From Candidatus Peribacteria bacterium (GTDB taxonomy: Bacteria; Patescibacteriota; Gracilibacteria; Peribacterales; Peribacteraceae): a DNA stretch of 64,000 nt. The position numbers and the translations under genes are program-made. Below the pieces are notes generated by a model. The model was not told where the DNA came from and did not search any database. It was given only the letters and a program-made list of their open reading frames with translations. Positions 45,146-53,632 of the stretch are shown piece by piece (position 1 is the stretch's first letter; every line of letters begins with the position of its first letter). The stretch spans positions 18,436 through 82,435 of the forward strand of contig CP082927.1 of assembly GCA_023038255.1 (NCBI GenBank), read 5' to 3'.

Positions 45146-45898
45146 TTAATTTTTCTTCATTTTTTCCGCCGTGGTCCACAGTAACCAGAAAGCGTTTGTC
45201 ATCATTTTAAAGATGGATTCTGAATCGATAATGAGTCCAAATTGGGCACTTTCTTCATAACAAAGAAATCCTACTTTGCTTCTATCGAACATCAGGATCT
45301 CCAAGTCGTTGTCGAGTGGATCGGGAAATTCCAACAAGCAATGTTCGCGAAAATGCAGAGCATCATCCTTATGAATTTGTTCATTGGTGGGATTTCGCGG
45401 GCAAATGAGTCGAATAAAATTCTTACGTGCCTTGCGTTCGGGAACAATGTCTTTTTGAATAAAATGGAAAAGTTCTTTTGGCATTTTTGCGTAATCCGAA
45501 AAACCAACGGTTTGCCCACTGGATTGCGACATATCACGAAGGACCTCTTTTAAACCCTCCATTCCTTCATAAAATCGCACACGGGGCTTTAGAGGTGATG
45601 CAAATGCGATATCCATGAGTTCCGGTAAAATACTTTCGGCATCACGGGCTGCAGACTTAAAACGCTCAATTAAATTACGCGGAGACGTTGCGGAAATGTG
45701 ATGAACACCTTGTCGTTTCGTGATCGACAGTACTCCTCTTCTTGCTAGCTGTACCGTAATATCGTAGACAGTTGAGCGCTTTAGATGCGTCTTTGTTGCC
45801 AGTTGCGTGACAGTGGCCTCTCCTTTTTCGAGGGCAGCCAAATAGATTTTGGATTCTTTATCATTTAATCCATTATTAGCGAGGACGTTTTCGATCAT
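45146..45898 (-). CDS. TrmB-family transcriptional regulator
   Basis: N-terminal winged-HTH: LNDKESKIYLAALEKGEATVTQLATKTHLKRSTVYDITVQLARRGVL. Confidence 0.7.
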   Translation of the reverse strand: MIENVLANNGLNDKESKIYLAALEKGEATVTQLATKTHLKRSTVYDITVQLARRGVLSITKRQGVHHISATSPRNLIERFKSAARDAESILPELMDIAFASPLKPRVRFYEGMEGLKEVLRDMSQSSGQTVGFSDYAKMPKELFHFIQKDIVPERKARKNFIRLICPRNPTNEQIHKDDALHFREHCLLEFPDPLDNDLEILMFDRSKVGFLCYEESAQFGLIIDSESIFKMMTNAFWLLWTTAEKMKKN

Positions 45899-45990
45899 CC
45901 CTCCATTGTAGATTATTTTATCGGAAAAAGCGATAGTAAATTTATATTTAAATAGATAAATCAGAGAGGTTTATCAATACTTTACAAATG

Positions 45991-46010
45991 TATATTTTAC
46001 TTAAAATATA
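45991..46010. promoter_or_regulatory. 20-bp AT palindrome TATATTTTA-CT-TAAAATATA in a divergent promoter region
   Basis: Perfect 9-bp arms. Overlaps a TATAAT at 46007-46012. Confidence 0.4.
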
Positions 46011-46092
46011 ATACTTTGCATACTATGTACAGCTGTTACAGCAGCTTGTTCTTTTCATTACCAAGGTGCCAAACTCAGAAAGTAAGTGAATC

Positions 46093-46638
46093 ATGTTCGC
46101 ACTCTCACTGTCCCCTCAGGTCGGACTCGTTCAGCAGCAAGCCATGGAAATGCGGTGTGACATCTGCGGTGCAGCTATGGTGCTAGAAGATGAAGGGGTC
46201 ATGCATCACTGTCACTGGGATTGTCCCGAGAAGGTTGCCGCTCGTCTATTCCGTCACGTCAGGAAACTGCGCGAACAAGTGAATATACGTTGTGTGAAAT
46301 GTCTCACTGGAAAATTGGGCGTGAATAGGTGCGACTTCTTCGAGTGCAGATCGTGTAAAGCGCAGTACTGCAGAAGATGGATCAATGGAGAGACAATCGA
46401 CAATCTTATTGAACTCATCGATCGATCCAAGGACAATATAAATGACGCATGCATCTCTGCATATCTTCTGAGTAAGCCGGGCAAGTGCGACTTTCCTGAA
46501 AATGATTTCTCAGAGCAACTGAGGGAGGTGAATCGCGTGCGAAAAGCCATTAAGCGCGAACTGAGAAAGCAGCGCCACTGGTTGAGCAATACACATATTT
46601 ATTTTAATGGCGAAAAGTATATGGCAACCACTGAATAG
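46093..46638 (+). CDS. Cys-rich (double zinc-ribbon-like) hypothetical protein
   Basis: CDICG..HHCHWDC and CVKC..CRSC clusters. Followed by a strong terminator. Confidence 0.5.
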   Translation: MFALSLSPQVGLVQQQAMEMRCDICGAAMVLEDEGVMHHCHWDCPEKVAARLFRHVRKLREQVNIRCVKCLTGKLGVNRCDFFECRSCKAQYCRRWINGETIDNLIELIDRSKDNINDACISAYLLSKPGKCDFPENDFSEQLREVNRVRKAIKRELRKQRHWLSNTHIYFNGEKYMATTE

Positions 46639-46673
46639 CTTGTGGCAAGACGGCACATAGGTGAAAAGAGCCC

Positions 46674-46702
46674 AGCCTCTGCATGTATTGCAGAGGCTTT
46701 TT
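46674..46702 (+). terminator. intrinsic terminator
   Basis: AGCCTCTGC-ATGTATT-GCAGAGGCT followed by T5. Confidence 0.75.
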
Positions 46703-46767
46703 AGGGTGCAGGTCGCCCTCTGGTAAAAAATCTTTAAGATTCATAACAACATCCATACACTGCATCC

Positions 46768-47355
46768 GTGACCCTGACTGTTCTCACAGGCCTTATTGGC
46801 GCAATCATTCTCGTTTGTGGTGCGGCCTATCCGCCCGAAAAAGTTACACATCCCGCGCGATCTGTAAAAAACTGGCTCTTTGCGGCTGGCGGTTTTTTGA
46901 TGCTTGCCTATTCCCTGCTGAATTATTTGGCGGGCGACACTATATTTTTTCTTATTCTCCAGATCTTCATTGCGCTGACCACGGTATTAATGATGCTGAA
47001 TACTCATGATCGATTCGACACGCCGCTTATTATGGGGATCGGCATTATCATGGTCCTCTGGTCTCTGGCGTTGTTTGAAGGCATCAACACGGTGTTTTTT
47101 GTGATCGGACTGTCCGGTATCGGACTGGGGTATGCACTTGATATGGGTACTCTGAAACGGGAAATAGCACTGACAACCGGCAGTGCCCTTATTTCCCTGT
47201 TTAGCTTTGCCCAGGGTGACCTGATTTTCTTCTGGCTCAATCTCTTCTTTGCGCTGTTTTCCGGATGGTATGCGCTGAGAATGCTGCGTGCCACGCGGAG
47301 AATCGCATACAATAAAACACCCCCTGTCATCCATGACAGAGGGGGGGGCGTTTAG
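46768..47355 (+). CDS. membrane protein with internal 3-helix duplication
   Basis: GTG start, six hydrophobic helices, repeated GD.IFF motif (GDTIFFLILQIF / GDLIFFWLNLFF). Confidence 0.5.
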   Translation: MTLTVLTGLIGAIILVCGAAYPPEKVTHPARSVKNWLFAAGGFLMLAYSLLNYLAGDTIFFLILQIFIALTTVLMMLNTHDRFDTPLIMGIGIIMVLWSLALFEGINTVFFVIGLSGIGLGYALDMGTLKREIALTTGSALISLFSFAQGDLIFFWLNLFFALFSGWYALRMLRATRRIAYNKTPPVIHDRGGGV

Positions 47356-47876
47356 TACGTCTCGGCAGGAGCGATAAATGACACCAGTACGTATCGTGCC
47401 TTTGGGTTGTGAGGATGCTCCACAACAGATATCCCTTCTTTTTTGAAAGTGGGGATATGGTCAATATCGCGAATGCTACTTGCGACCGACGCAAGTTCGT
47501 CGGGAGATTCACGCCAGGGTGTGGTGACTACGCCAAATGCAGATTGTTCCTCATCGGATCGAATTCGGAGGATGGAATCGATCAGGAGAGTGCCTTTCAT
47601 GGCCGTTTTGAATTCAATCGTTGCATCAGGCCCTTCGATGCGAATGGTCGGTTCCTCGGTTGTTCCTAGCTGTTCTTTGATGAGCTCAGCCCACGGCTCA
47701 ATTTCACTTCGAATGGGTTTTGCTTTGAAGTGGGCCTCCCAGCGCAGATCTCCTACGCGTTGGATGTTATGGACAGTGAGAGGCTCGCGAGGAGGAGCCG
47801 GACGACACAGGATGAGGATGGGAAATCCTACGCTGATGACTAGCAGGAACGACGCAATGGCGATCTTCTGAAACAT
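47352..47876 (-). CDS. membrane-anchored/exported hypothetical protein
   Basis: N-terminal helix MFQKIAIASFLLVISVGFPILIL. No known motif. Confidence 0.5.
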   Translation of the reverse strand: MFQKIAIASFLLVISVGFPILILCRPAPPREPLTVHNIQRVGDLRWEAHFKAKPIRSEIEPWAELIKEQLGTTEEPTIRIEGPDATIEFKTAMKGTLLIDSILRIRSDEEQSAFGVVTTPWRESPDELASVASSIRDIDHIPTFKKEGISVVEHPHNPKARYVLVSFIAPAETY

Positions 47877-47900
47877 CTTGTACTCCTAGCCGGGGGGTGT

Positions 47901-47935
47901 AAAAAAACGCATACGTCAGACAACTGCCTGACGTA
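47901..47935 (-). terminator. intrinsic terminator after the exosortase-like gene
   Basis: 8-bp stem TACGTCAG/CTGACGTA. On the minus strand it is followed by UGCG and U7. Confidence 0.55.
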
Positions 47936-47980
47936 AAGCAAGTATGACGTGCTCTTTACTTGTCAGCAATCCCGCGTGAC

Positions 47981-49030
47981 CTACCCCTTCTTTTTGCGTG
48001 GTACAGGGGCTTTTTTAATATGTGGTTTGCGCAATGGGGCCTTTTTTGGGGCAGGGGCTGGGAGGGTGACGTGCGGCAGGATAAGGCGCAGATAGAGCAC
48101 GCAGAACACAAAGAGCAGCAGGGAACCCGCAGCTCCGTGGAACAGGGTGAGTCCCATATCCGGAGCAAAAGAGCCGACAATCATAATCAGGACAATGCGC
48201 AGGATGTTTACAAGGAGGATCAGGAAACAGCCGAGCAATGCTGCCGCAGCGGCATGCGGAACAGAGATTGTCCGTTTTTTGGAGATCTTCCAGCAGAGAA
48301 ACAGGAAGAGTCCGAGAAACAGAACAATCGCGGAAAATTCCGAACAGCTGTAGCCAAACTCCGCAGTGAAGCCATTGTACGAAAGTGCCCATCGATTCAT
48401 AAAAGATTCCCCGCCCGGAAGGATATTCAGAATCGACTGCGTGACAGAGACCGTCCATGGTCCGATGTGATGATAGTACGCAGCTTCCGGCACTGAACCG
48501 AAGAGGTAGGCAAGAAAGATTGCCGCCAAAAACACCAGTGTGAGCCCGTGTCTGCGGATGAAGGAAGATGGAAAAAAGAGAAACAAAAGCGGAACCAGCG
48601 GAAGCAGGAGAATGGCATACAGGCTGGTGACCACAATCGCTGTATTGACCAGTGGGTCGCGATCAATGAATTGCGCGAGGAGGTTGAGTGAGTCATCGGA
48701 TGGGTGCGTGCAGACCCAGACGATAATGAGTGCCACACACAGCCCTGCCAGCGCCCCGGTTACTTCTAGTGCACTCGGTCGGGCAAGTGTTTTGAGAGCG
48801 CGGATGTGGTCATAGCTCAGAACCCCGAACATCCCAAGCAGACAGGCTAGAAGAACGAGCGGGAACGAGGAGATGCCACTCGGACCAATGGAGCCATTGG
48901 TAGAAAAAGGATCAAGGAGAGTGGAGTTAAACAGAAAGAAGAAGCCCAGAATACAGACGTAGAGCACGCACAACCGAAAGAAAAGCGATCTGCCGGAAGG
49001 AGTAAGCCGCTGCAGAAGAGGGCGTGGCAT
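47981..49030 (-). CDS. exosortase/archaeosortase-family membrane protein (candidate)
   Basis: Polytopic protein with ordered Cys (GYSCSEF), Arg (VNILRIV) and His (LFHGAAG) motifs, 49 and 20 residues apart, as in the EpsH family. Lys/Pro-rich tail. Start moved to ATG 49030. Confidence 0.55.
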   Translation of the reverse strand: MPRPLLQRLTPSGRSLFFRLCVLYVCILGFFFLFNSTLLDPFSTNGSIGPSGISSFPLVLLACLLGMFGVLSYDHIRALKTLARPSALEVTGALAGLCVALIIVWVCTHPSDDSLNLLAQFIDRDPLVNTAIVVTSLYAILLLPLVPLLFLFFPSSFIRRHGLTLVFLAAIFLAYLFGSVPEAAYYHHIGPWTVSVTQSILNILPGGESFMNRWALSYNGFTAEFGYSCSEFSAIVLFLGLFLFLCWKISKKRTISVPHAAAAALLGCFLILLVNILRIVLIMIVGSFAPDMGLTLFHGAAGSLLLFVFCVLYLRLILPHVTLPAPAPKKAPLRKPHIKKAPVPRKKKG

Positions 49031-49038
49031 GGAGAAAA

Positions 49039-50442
49039 TCAGAACAGTCGCTCGAGATCGTATCGTGAGAGAATGAAGGCTCCGCCAATGAAGAGCAGGC
49101 TTAAAGACCACCACGAGAAGAACGGAACCGCAGTGGGGCCGGAGACGTTTGCGTCAGCATCGACGAAGAGAGTGTAATACACCGTCATGCGCATGTGGTC
49201 GATGCGCACAATGGGAGTGCCGAATTCCTGCGAGACGCCCGCTGCAAACCCAAAGTTCGATGCGTTCACATCGCCCCCTCCCAGTGTTGCCCCCCACAGA
49301 TCCGCGGCGCCACCATACGTCGTGTAGGTGTTGATGCTTGGCGTGGCACCAATACCCTTATCTGTCCCTGTTGTAGATCCGTTTTTAATCAGCATAATCG
49401 TGTCTTCGCTCCAAGCTCCTCCGTTATTGTCCGACCAGTAAATTTCGGCCATCACACCGTCGATCGTGTCATTGCTTGCAATGGGAAAGCTAAAGTTCGT
49501 GGCATTCAGAAGCTGGCTCAGGCGGTCTGCTCCTGTGACAGCTGCCGAAGCGTATGTACCGTTTTGCGATGCGGCGTTGCTCGGGTTGGACCATGCAATA
49601 GTGCCGCCTCCACCGCTGCTAAAGGTGCCGCCGCTCAGAGGGCCGCTTGTGGGATCGATGATGTAAGGAAGAGACAGTTCTGCTGCGTTATAGACATACG
49701 TGTAAGACCCGTTTACCTGCTGAACGATGTGTACAGGCGTGGGTAGCAGTGTTTTTTCTGTATCAGTCAGAAACGGTTTCTCCGTGGAAAAGACCTGTTC
49801 CCCATTGGGGTCCACAAAGGTAAACACATCATCAGCGAGCGATGCAGTCAGCCCGTTCGATGGAACGATGCGGAACGAGAGATCGGCGGGATGGGCGGTG
49901 GAAACATGGATATTTTTTTGCACACTGTTCCCGGTTACATTCCAGCGGAGGATGGTTCCTTCGCCCAATTGATACGCAATGGTGGTGTCATTTTCAATCA
50001 CTCCTTTTGCATTCCCCGCAAAGGAGACGGTAAAGCTGTAGCCGTCCTGCCACACGGTGTAGCGCGGACGGAGGAGATCGAAACGGATGCGCACATTGTT
50101 GCTCAGTCGGTCAAAGACAAAGGTGTCACCCTCTTTTCGTCCGGTCTGTTCTGTGGGAATGAGTTGTCCGTAGATATCGCGTGTGAAAATGCCATCACTG
50201 GCGGATACACTCGCATATTTTCCCGGCGATACCTCGAAGGTTGCCGACCGTTCCGTTCTTTTGGTGATCACCTCCCGCGCGGTCTCCGGCATATGGAAAT
50301 CGGCGGGGTTCAGTACTGATGCGGACGGATAGGTTGGGGACAGCTCCGATGCATTTCCTGCAATGGACAGGAAAGGAATGGCAAAAGACAGCGCGCCGGA
50401 TACGTACAGAATTTTTTGAAAATGTGCGCGTGAAAACATCAT
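49039..50442 (-). CDS. secreted protein with C-terminal sorting-signal-like tail (putative cargo)
   Basis: Signal peptide MMFSRAHFQKILYVSGALSFAIPFLSIAGNA. C-terminus GPTAVPFFSWWSLSLLFIGGAFILSRYDLERLF (motif, TM helix, basic residues). Confidence 0.6.
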   Translation of the reverse strand: MMFSRAHFQKILYVSGALSFAIPFLSIAGNASELSPTYPSASVLNPADFHMPETAREVITKRTERSATFEVSPGKYASVSASDGIFTRDIYGQLIPTEQTGRKEGDTFVFDRLSNNVRIRFDLLRPRYTVWQDGYSFTVSFAGNAKGVIENDTTIAYQLGEGTILRWNVTGNSVQKNIHVSTAHPADLSFRIVPSNGLTASLADDVFTFVDPNGEQVFSTEKPFLTDTEKTLLPTPVHIVQQVNGSYTYVYNAAELSLPYIIDPTSGPLSGGTFSSGGGGTIAWSNPSNAASQNGTYASAAVTGADRLSQLLNATNFSFPIASNDTIDGVMAEIYWSDNNGGAWSEDTIMLIKNGSTTGTDKGIGATPSINTYTTYGGAADLWGATLGGGDVNASNFGFAAGVSQEFGTPIVRIDHMRMTVYYTLFVDADANVSGPTAVPFFSWWSLSLLFIGGAFILSRYDLERLF

Positions 50443-50523
50443 CGGGATTTAACCATAGAATGTGGCTTTATTTCAATGAAAAAGACGCTCTCCGCACGTT
50501 GTTATTTCCTCTGATACACTTCT

Positions 50524-51060
50524 GTGGTGAATCACTTCATTGCATTCTTACGCGGCATCAATGTGGGTGGCAACAAGAAAGTGCCGATGGCGGATCTAAA
50601 AATAATGTTTGAGACAATGGGATATACGAATATCCGGACACTCCTCAATAGCGGCAATGTCCTCTTCGATGCAGATGAAACATCCGCCTCTCTTCTTGCA
50701 GAAGCGATTGAAGCACAGATGGAACAGACATTCGGCTTTGGTGCGCATACCATCATCCGCACGCTTGATGAGATGCAGGCACTCGTGCAGTCGAATCCGT
50801 TTAAGGGTATCAGGGTTACACCTGCAATGCGTCTCTACATCACTTTTCTCACCGATAAGCCGACGGGCAAGCTGAAGATTCCGTACGAGTCGCCGGACAA
50901 GCTCTTCAAAATCCTTGCCGTCACCGATTCACATATTTGCAGCGTACTAACGGTGACCGACACAAAGAATACGACCGATGCGATGGGGATTCTGGAGAAG
51001 GAATACGGGAAAAACGTGACGACGCGGAATTGGAATACGGTGGAGAAAATGCTGATCTAA
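50524..51060 (+). CDS. DUF1697-family protein
   Basis: FLRGINVGGNKKVPMADLK...NIRTLLNSGNVLF signature. GTG start. Confidence 0.75.
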   Translation: MVNHFIAFLRGINVGGNKKVPMADLKIMFETMGYTNIRTLLNSGNVLFDADETSASLLAEAIEAQMEQTFGFGAHTIIRTLDEMQALVQSNPFKGIRVTPAMRLYITFLTDKPTGKLKIPYESPDKLFKILAVTDSHICSVLTVTDTKNTTDAMGILEKEYGKNVTTRNWNTVEKMLI

Positions 51061-51294
51061 CGGCACAGGAGATAGTGACAGCCTTATTTGAAGGGGGTAT
51101 AAACATGCTAACGAGTTCCTGTCCTTCAATGCGGGGAGCCGTGAATTCCACAATGTTTCGGATCGTTCCTTGGGCTACAAGAGTAAAACTATGACTAGTC
51201 ATAGAATTGCATCTCGAACACCTCTCGTGACCGATCTCTATGCCAGGATCCTGGCACTAACATTAAAGAGTCTCCCCCGGACAGGAACTCTTTT

Positions 51295-51678
51295 TTACGC
51301 TGCTTTCATCGGCAAAATCGCAGTCTCTGGATCGTCTGCATCTGCACGGCCCAGGCTGTTGTATTCAAATGTCATGTAGCTCATTAATGTGCCACAGATA
51401 GCATCAATCTCCTGCTGTATTTCTGAAAGCGCATTTGGTTGTGTAGTGGAATCAATCTGAATAATGATTTTGCCGGATGGTCCCCAGGGGGTCGGGAAAG
51501 AGCAGCCACTGACGCCAGAAACGGCAATCACCTGATCATGAATCCTGGTCCACATGTTAAAAATCTCCTCGTCCCGTCTGCGGATATTTGCAGCTATCAC
51601 CTCGGAGCCCAATTCATGTGCTTCACTTCCCAGCATTTCTGCCATCGGAAGCCGTAACTGTGTATCAGGTGACATCAA
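51295..51678 (-). CDS. hypothetical protein
   Basis: 127-aa ORF, no motif recognised. Confidence 0.35.
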   Translation of the reverse strand: MMSPDTQLRLPMAEMLGSEAHELGSEVIAANIRRRDEEIFNMWTRIHDQVIAVSGVSGCSFPTPWGPSGKIIIQIDSTTQPNALSEIQQEIDAICGTLMSYMTFEYNSLGRADADDPETAILPMKAA

Positions 51679-51817
51679 CAGGAAACGCTACTCCAGGAAT
51701 ATGCGTCGCGAAATGGATTCTTTGTGTTCAGCATCCTTCGCATACCACAGCTGTCTTCCGTAAAAACTTCAAGCATTTTTTCGCCCCGACTTTCCGTTTC
51801 TGGTAGAGTGTAGCACT

Positions 51818-53545
51818 ATGAAACGCACCGCCCTCTTTCTTGGTTTACTCGCCCTTCCTGTCACGACGTTCGCACTGGATTTTTCCAATGCAACGAGTCA
51901 GTACAAAGATGCACCGTTCTCCACTGCGGAGACTGCAGGCATCAGCGTGTTGACCAATCTGACGGCTGTGACTGGTAACCCGGATGGGACCTTTGCGCCA
52001 AACCGCATCGTGAACCGTGCGGAGTTTTTGAAGATCCTCTTCAAGAGCCACCCCGATATTCTTGTCACGGACAATGACGCCTCCGCCTGTTTTCCCGATG
52101 TCCGCAAAAATGACTGGTTCAGCAGCTACGTATGTCTCGCAAAAACCAGGAAAGTAGTGGGCGGATATCCGGATGGATTCTTCCGTCCAGCCAACCCCGT
52201 GAACTATGCCGAAGCACTGAAAATGCTGTCCGAGCTCTACAGTCCGTACCCGGTTGTGTGTCTGGATGAAGGCGCACGCGGCGAATGTTCACAATACAAA
52301 ACATACGAAGACGGAGCCCCATGGTATGAGCAATACACTGATTGGGCTGTGTCCGAAGGTCTCATGATTCCTGGTGGACCGGCAATTGCTGCACCTCTGA
52401 CACGCGGACAGGTGGCGCGCCTCGCTGCATCATACCGCGCATGGTTCGATGGTGAATTGGCTCAGTACCGCGACTTTGAACGCGGCAAGACACCGGCTTC
52501 ATCCAGCAGCTCTGTATCGTCTCAATCATCAAGTTCCTCGTCATCGGTCTCCTCCTCTTCATCTGCATCATCCGTCAGCGTTTCCTCCTCTTCCTCGAGC
52601 AGTGCTGCCATCAAAGAATTCCCTGCAGCCAGCCATTTCCTGCTGACAGGCAAGCGCACGCCCGTGGTGATGGATGGTATCTTCACGAGTCAGTCCGAAG
52701 ACGGGTTGCTGCGTATTGTCGATATCACTCTGCGACAGGAAGTGAAATCCATTGCCAGCATGACGCTCGTGGATGAACAGGGAAAAGACATCGCAACGCT
52801 CACACTCGGAACAGATAACAATGCAGATCGTCGCAAGTGGCGCGCATCTCTTCCGGAGAGCAGCACCTACAAACTGCTGCGTGGTGTGCCTACGCTCCTT
52901 GGTGTGAAATACACGCTCTACGACCGCACGAGCGGCGGTGTGCCGAATGAGTTTGTGGATGGCGTGGAGAAGTTCTCCATCACCCTCAGTGGGGTGGCAA
53001 CCAATGCATCCATTCAGGTTGTGCCGGCAAATACACATTATCCTCAGCACCAGACAAGCGATGCACGCATAACAGGTCTCTCCAATGCAGGATCACCCAC
53101 TGATGTGATGACGCCTGGCACAAAGCGCCTGATCGGTAAGTTTGCGATCAGTGGCCAGACGGCAACAGGCGGCGTACTGCGCGTGACAGGACTGTCGTTT
53201 GTCAGAGAGTCCAATCACATTTCCCTCTCAAACATCCGCATCGGCGGTCCGGCAGAAGTGGAACAGGCAGATTGCGGGATTGATGCGCAAAGTAATCGCG
53301 TGACCTGTGGCGTGATTCCTGAAGGGTATCGCTCCGTCGGTGCCAGTGCACTGATTCTCTCTGTGTTTGCAGATGTCACCATCGACGAAGGGTTCCAGGA
53401 AGGCACGCTCCGGATCACGCTCCCCGGTCGCGGACAGATTGGACAGGTTGGTGCACTCAAATGGGAAGACAGCTCCGGTCGTTACAACTGGATTGAAGCT
53501 GACGTGCCGTTTGAAAGCGGGACGCTGTGGACGGTGAAGCCGTGA
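51818..53545 (+). CDS. SLH-domain surface protein with Ser-rich linker
   Basis: Signal peptide, SLH repeats (GNPDGTFAPNRIVNRAEFLKIL; FPDVRKNDWFSSYV...GGYPDGFFRP), poly-Ser block. Confidence 0.75.
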   Translation: MKRTALFLGLLALPVTTFALDFSNATSQYKDAPFSTAETAGISVLTNLTAVTGNPDGTFAPNRIVNRAEFLKILFKSHPDILVTDNDASACFPDVRKNDWFSSYVCLAKTRKVVGGYPDGFFRPANPVNYAEALKMLSELYSPYPVVCLDEGARGECSQYKTYEDGAPWYEQYTDWAVSEGLMIPGGPAIAAPLTRGQVARLAASYRAWFDGELAQYRDFERGKTPASSSSSVSSQSSSSSSSVSSSSSASSVSVSSSSSSSAAIKEFPAASHFLLTGKRTPVVMDGIFTSQSEDGLLRIVDITLRQEVKSIASMTLVDEQGKDIATLTLGTDNNADRRKWRASLPESSTYKLLRGVPTLLGVKYTLYDRTSGGVPNEFVDGVEKFSITLSGVATNASIQVVPANTHYPQHQTSDARITGLSNAGSPTDVMTPGTKRLIGKFAISGQTATGGVLRVTGLSFVRESNHISLSNIRIGGPAEVEQADCGIDAQSNRVTCGVIPEGYRSVGASALILSVFADVTIDEGFQEGTLRITLPGRGQIGQVGALKWEDSSGRYNWIEADVPFESGTLWTVKP

Positions 53546-53546
53546 C

Positions 53547-53574
53547 GGGTTATTGGTTATGGGTAATGGGGTAC
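53547..53574. repeat. heptamer array GGGTTAT TGGTTAT GGGTAAT GGGGTAC
   Basis: Starts 2 nt after the stop at 53545. Confidence 0.85.
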
Positions 53575-53632
53575 TATAAATGAGTTTTTCTTAAAGAGAA
53601 TGCCACCCCCGATAACAGGTAGCTTTCATGCG

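Noticed and set aside
45105-51700. Classical integrase-mediated island at tRNA-Arg
   Set aside because: No integrase, recombinase or transposase motif was seen, and no direct repeat of the tRNA 3' end was spotted by eye. Only the compositional shift is reported.
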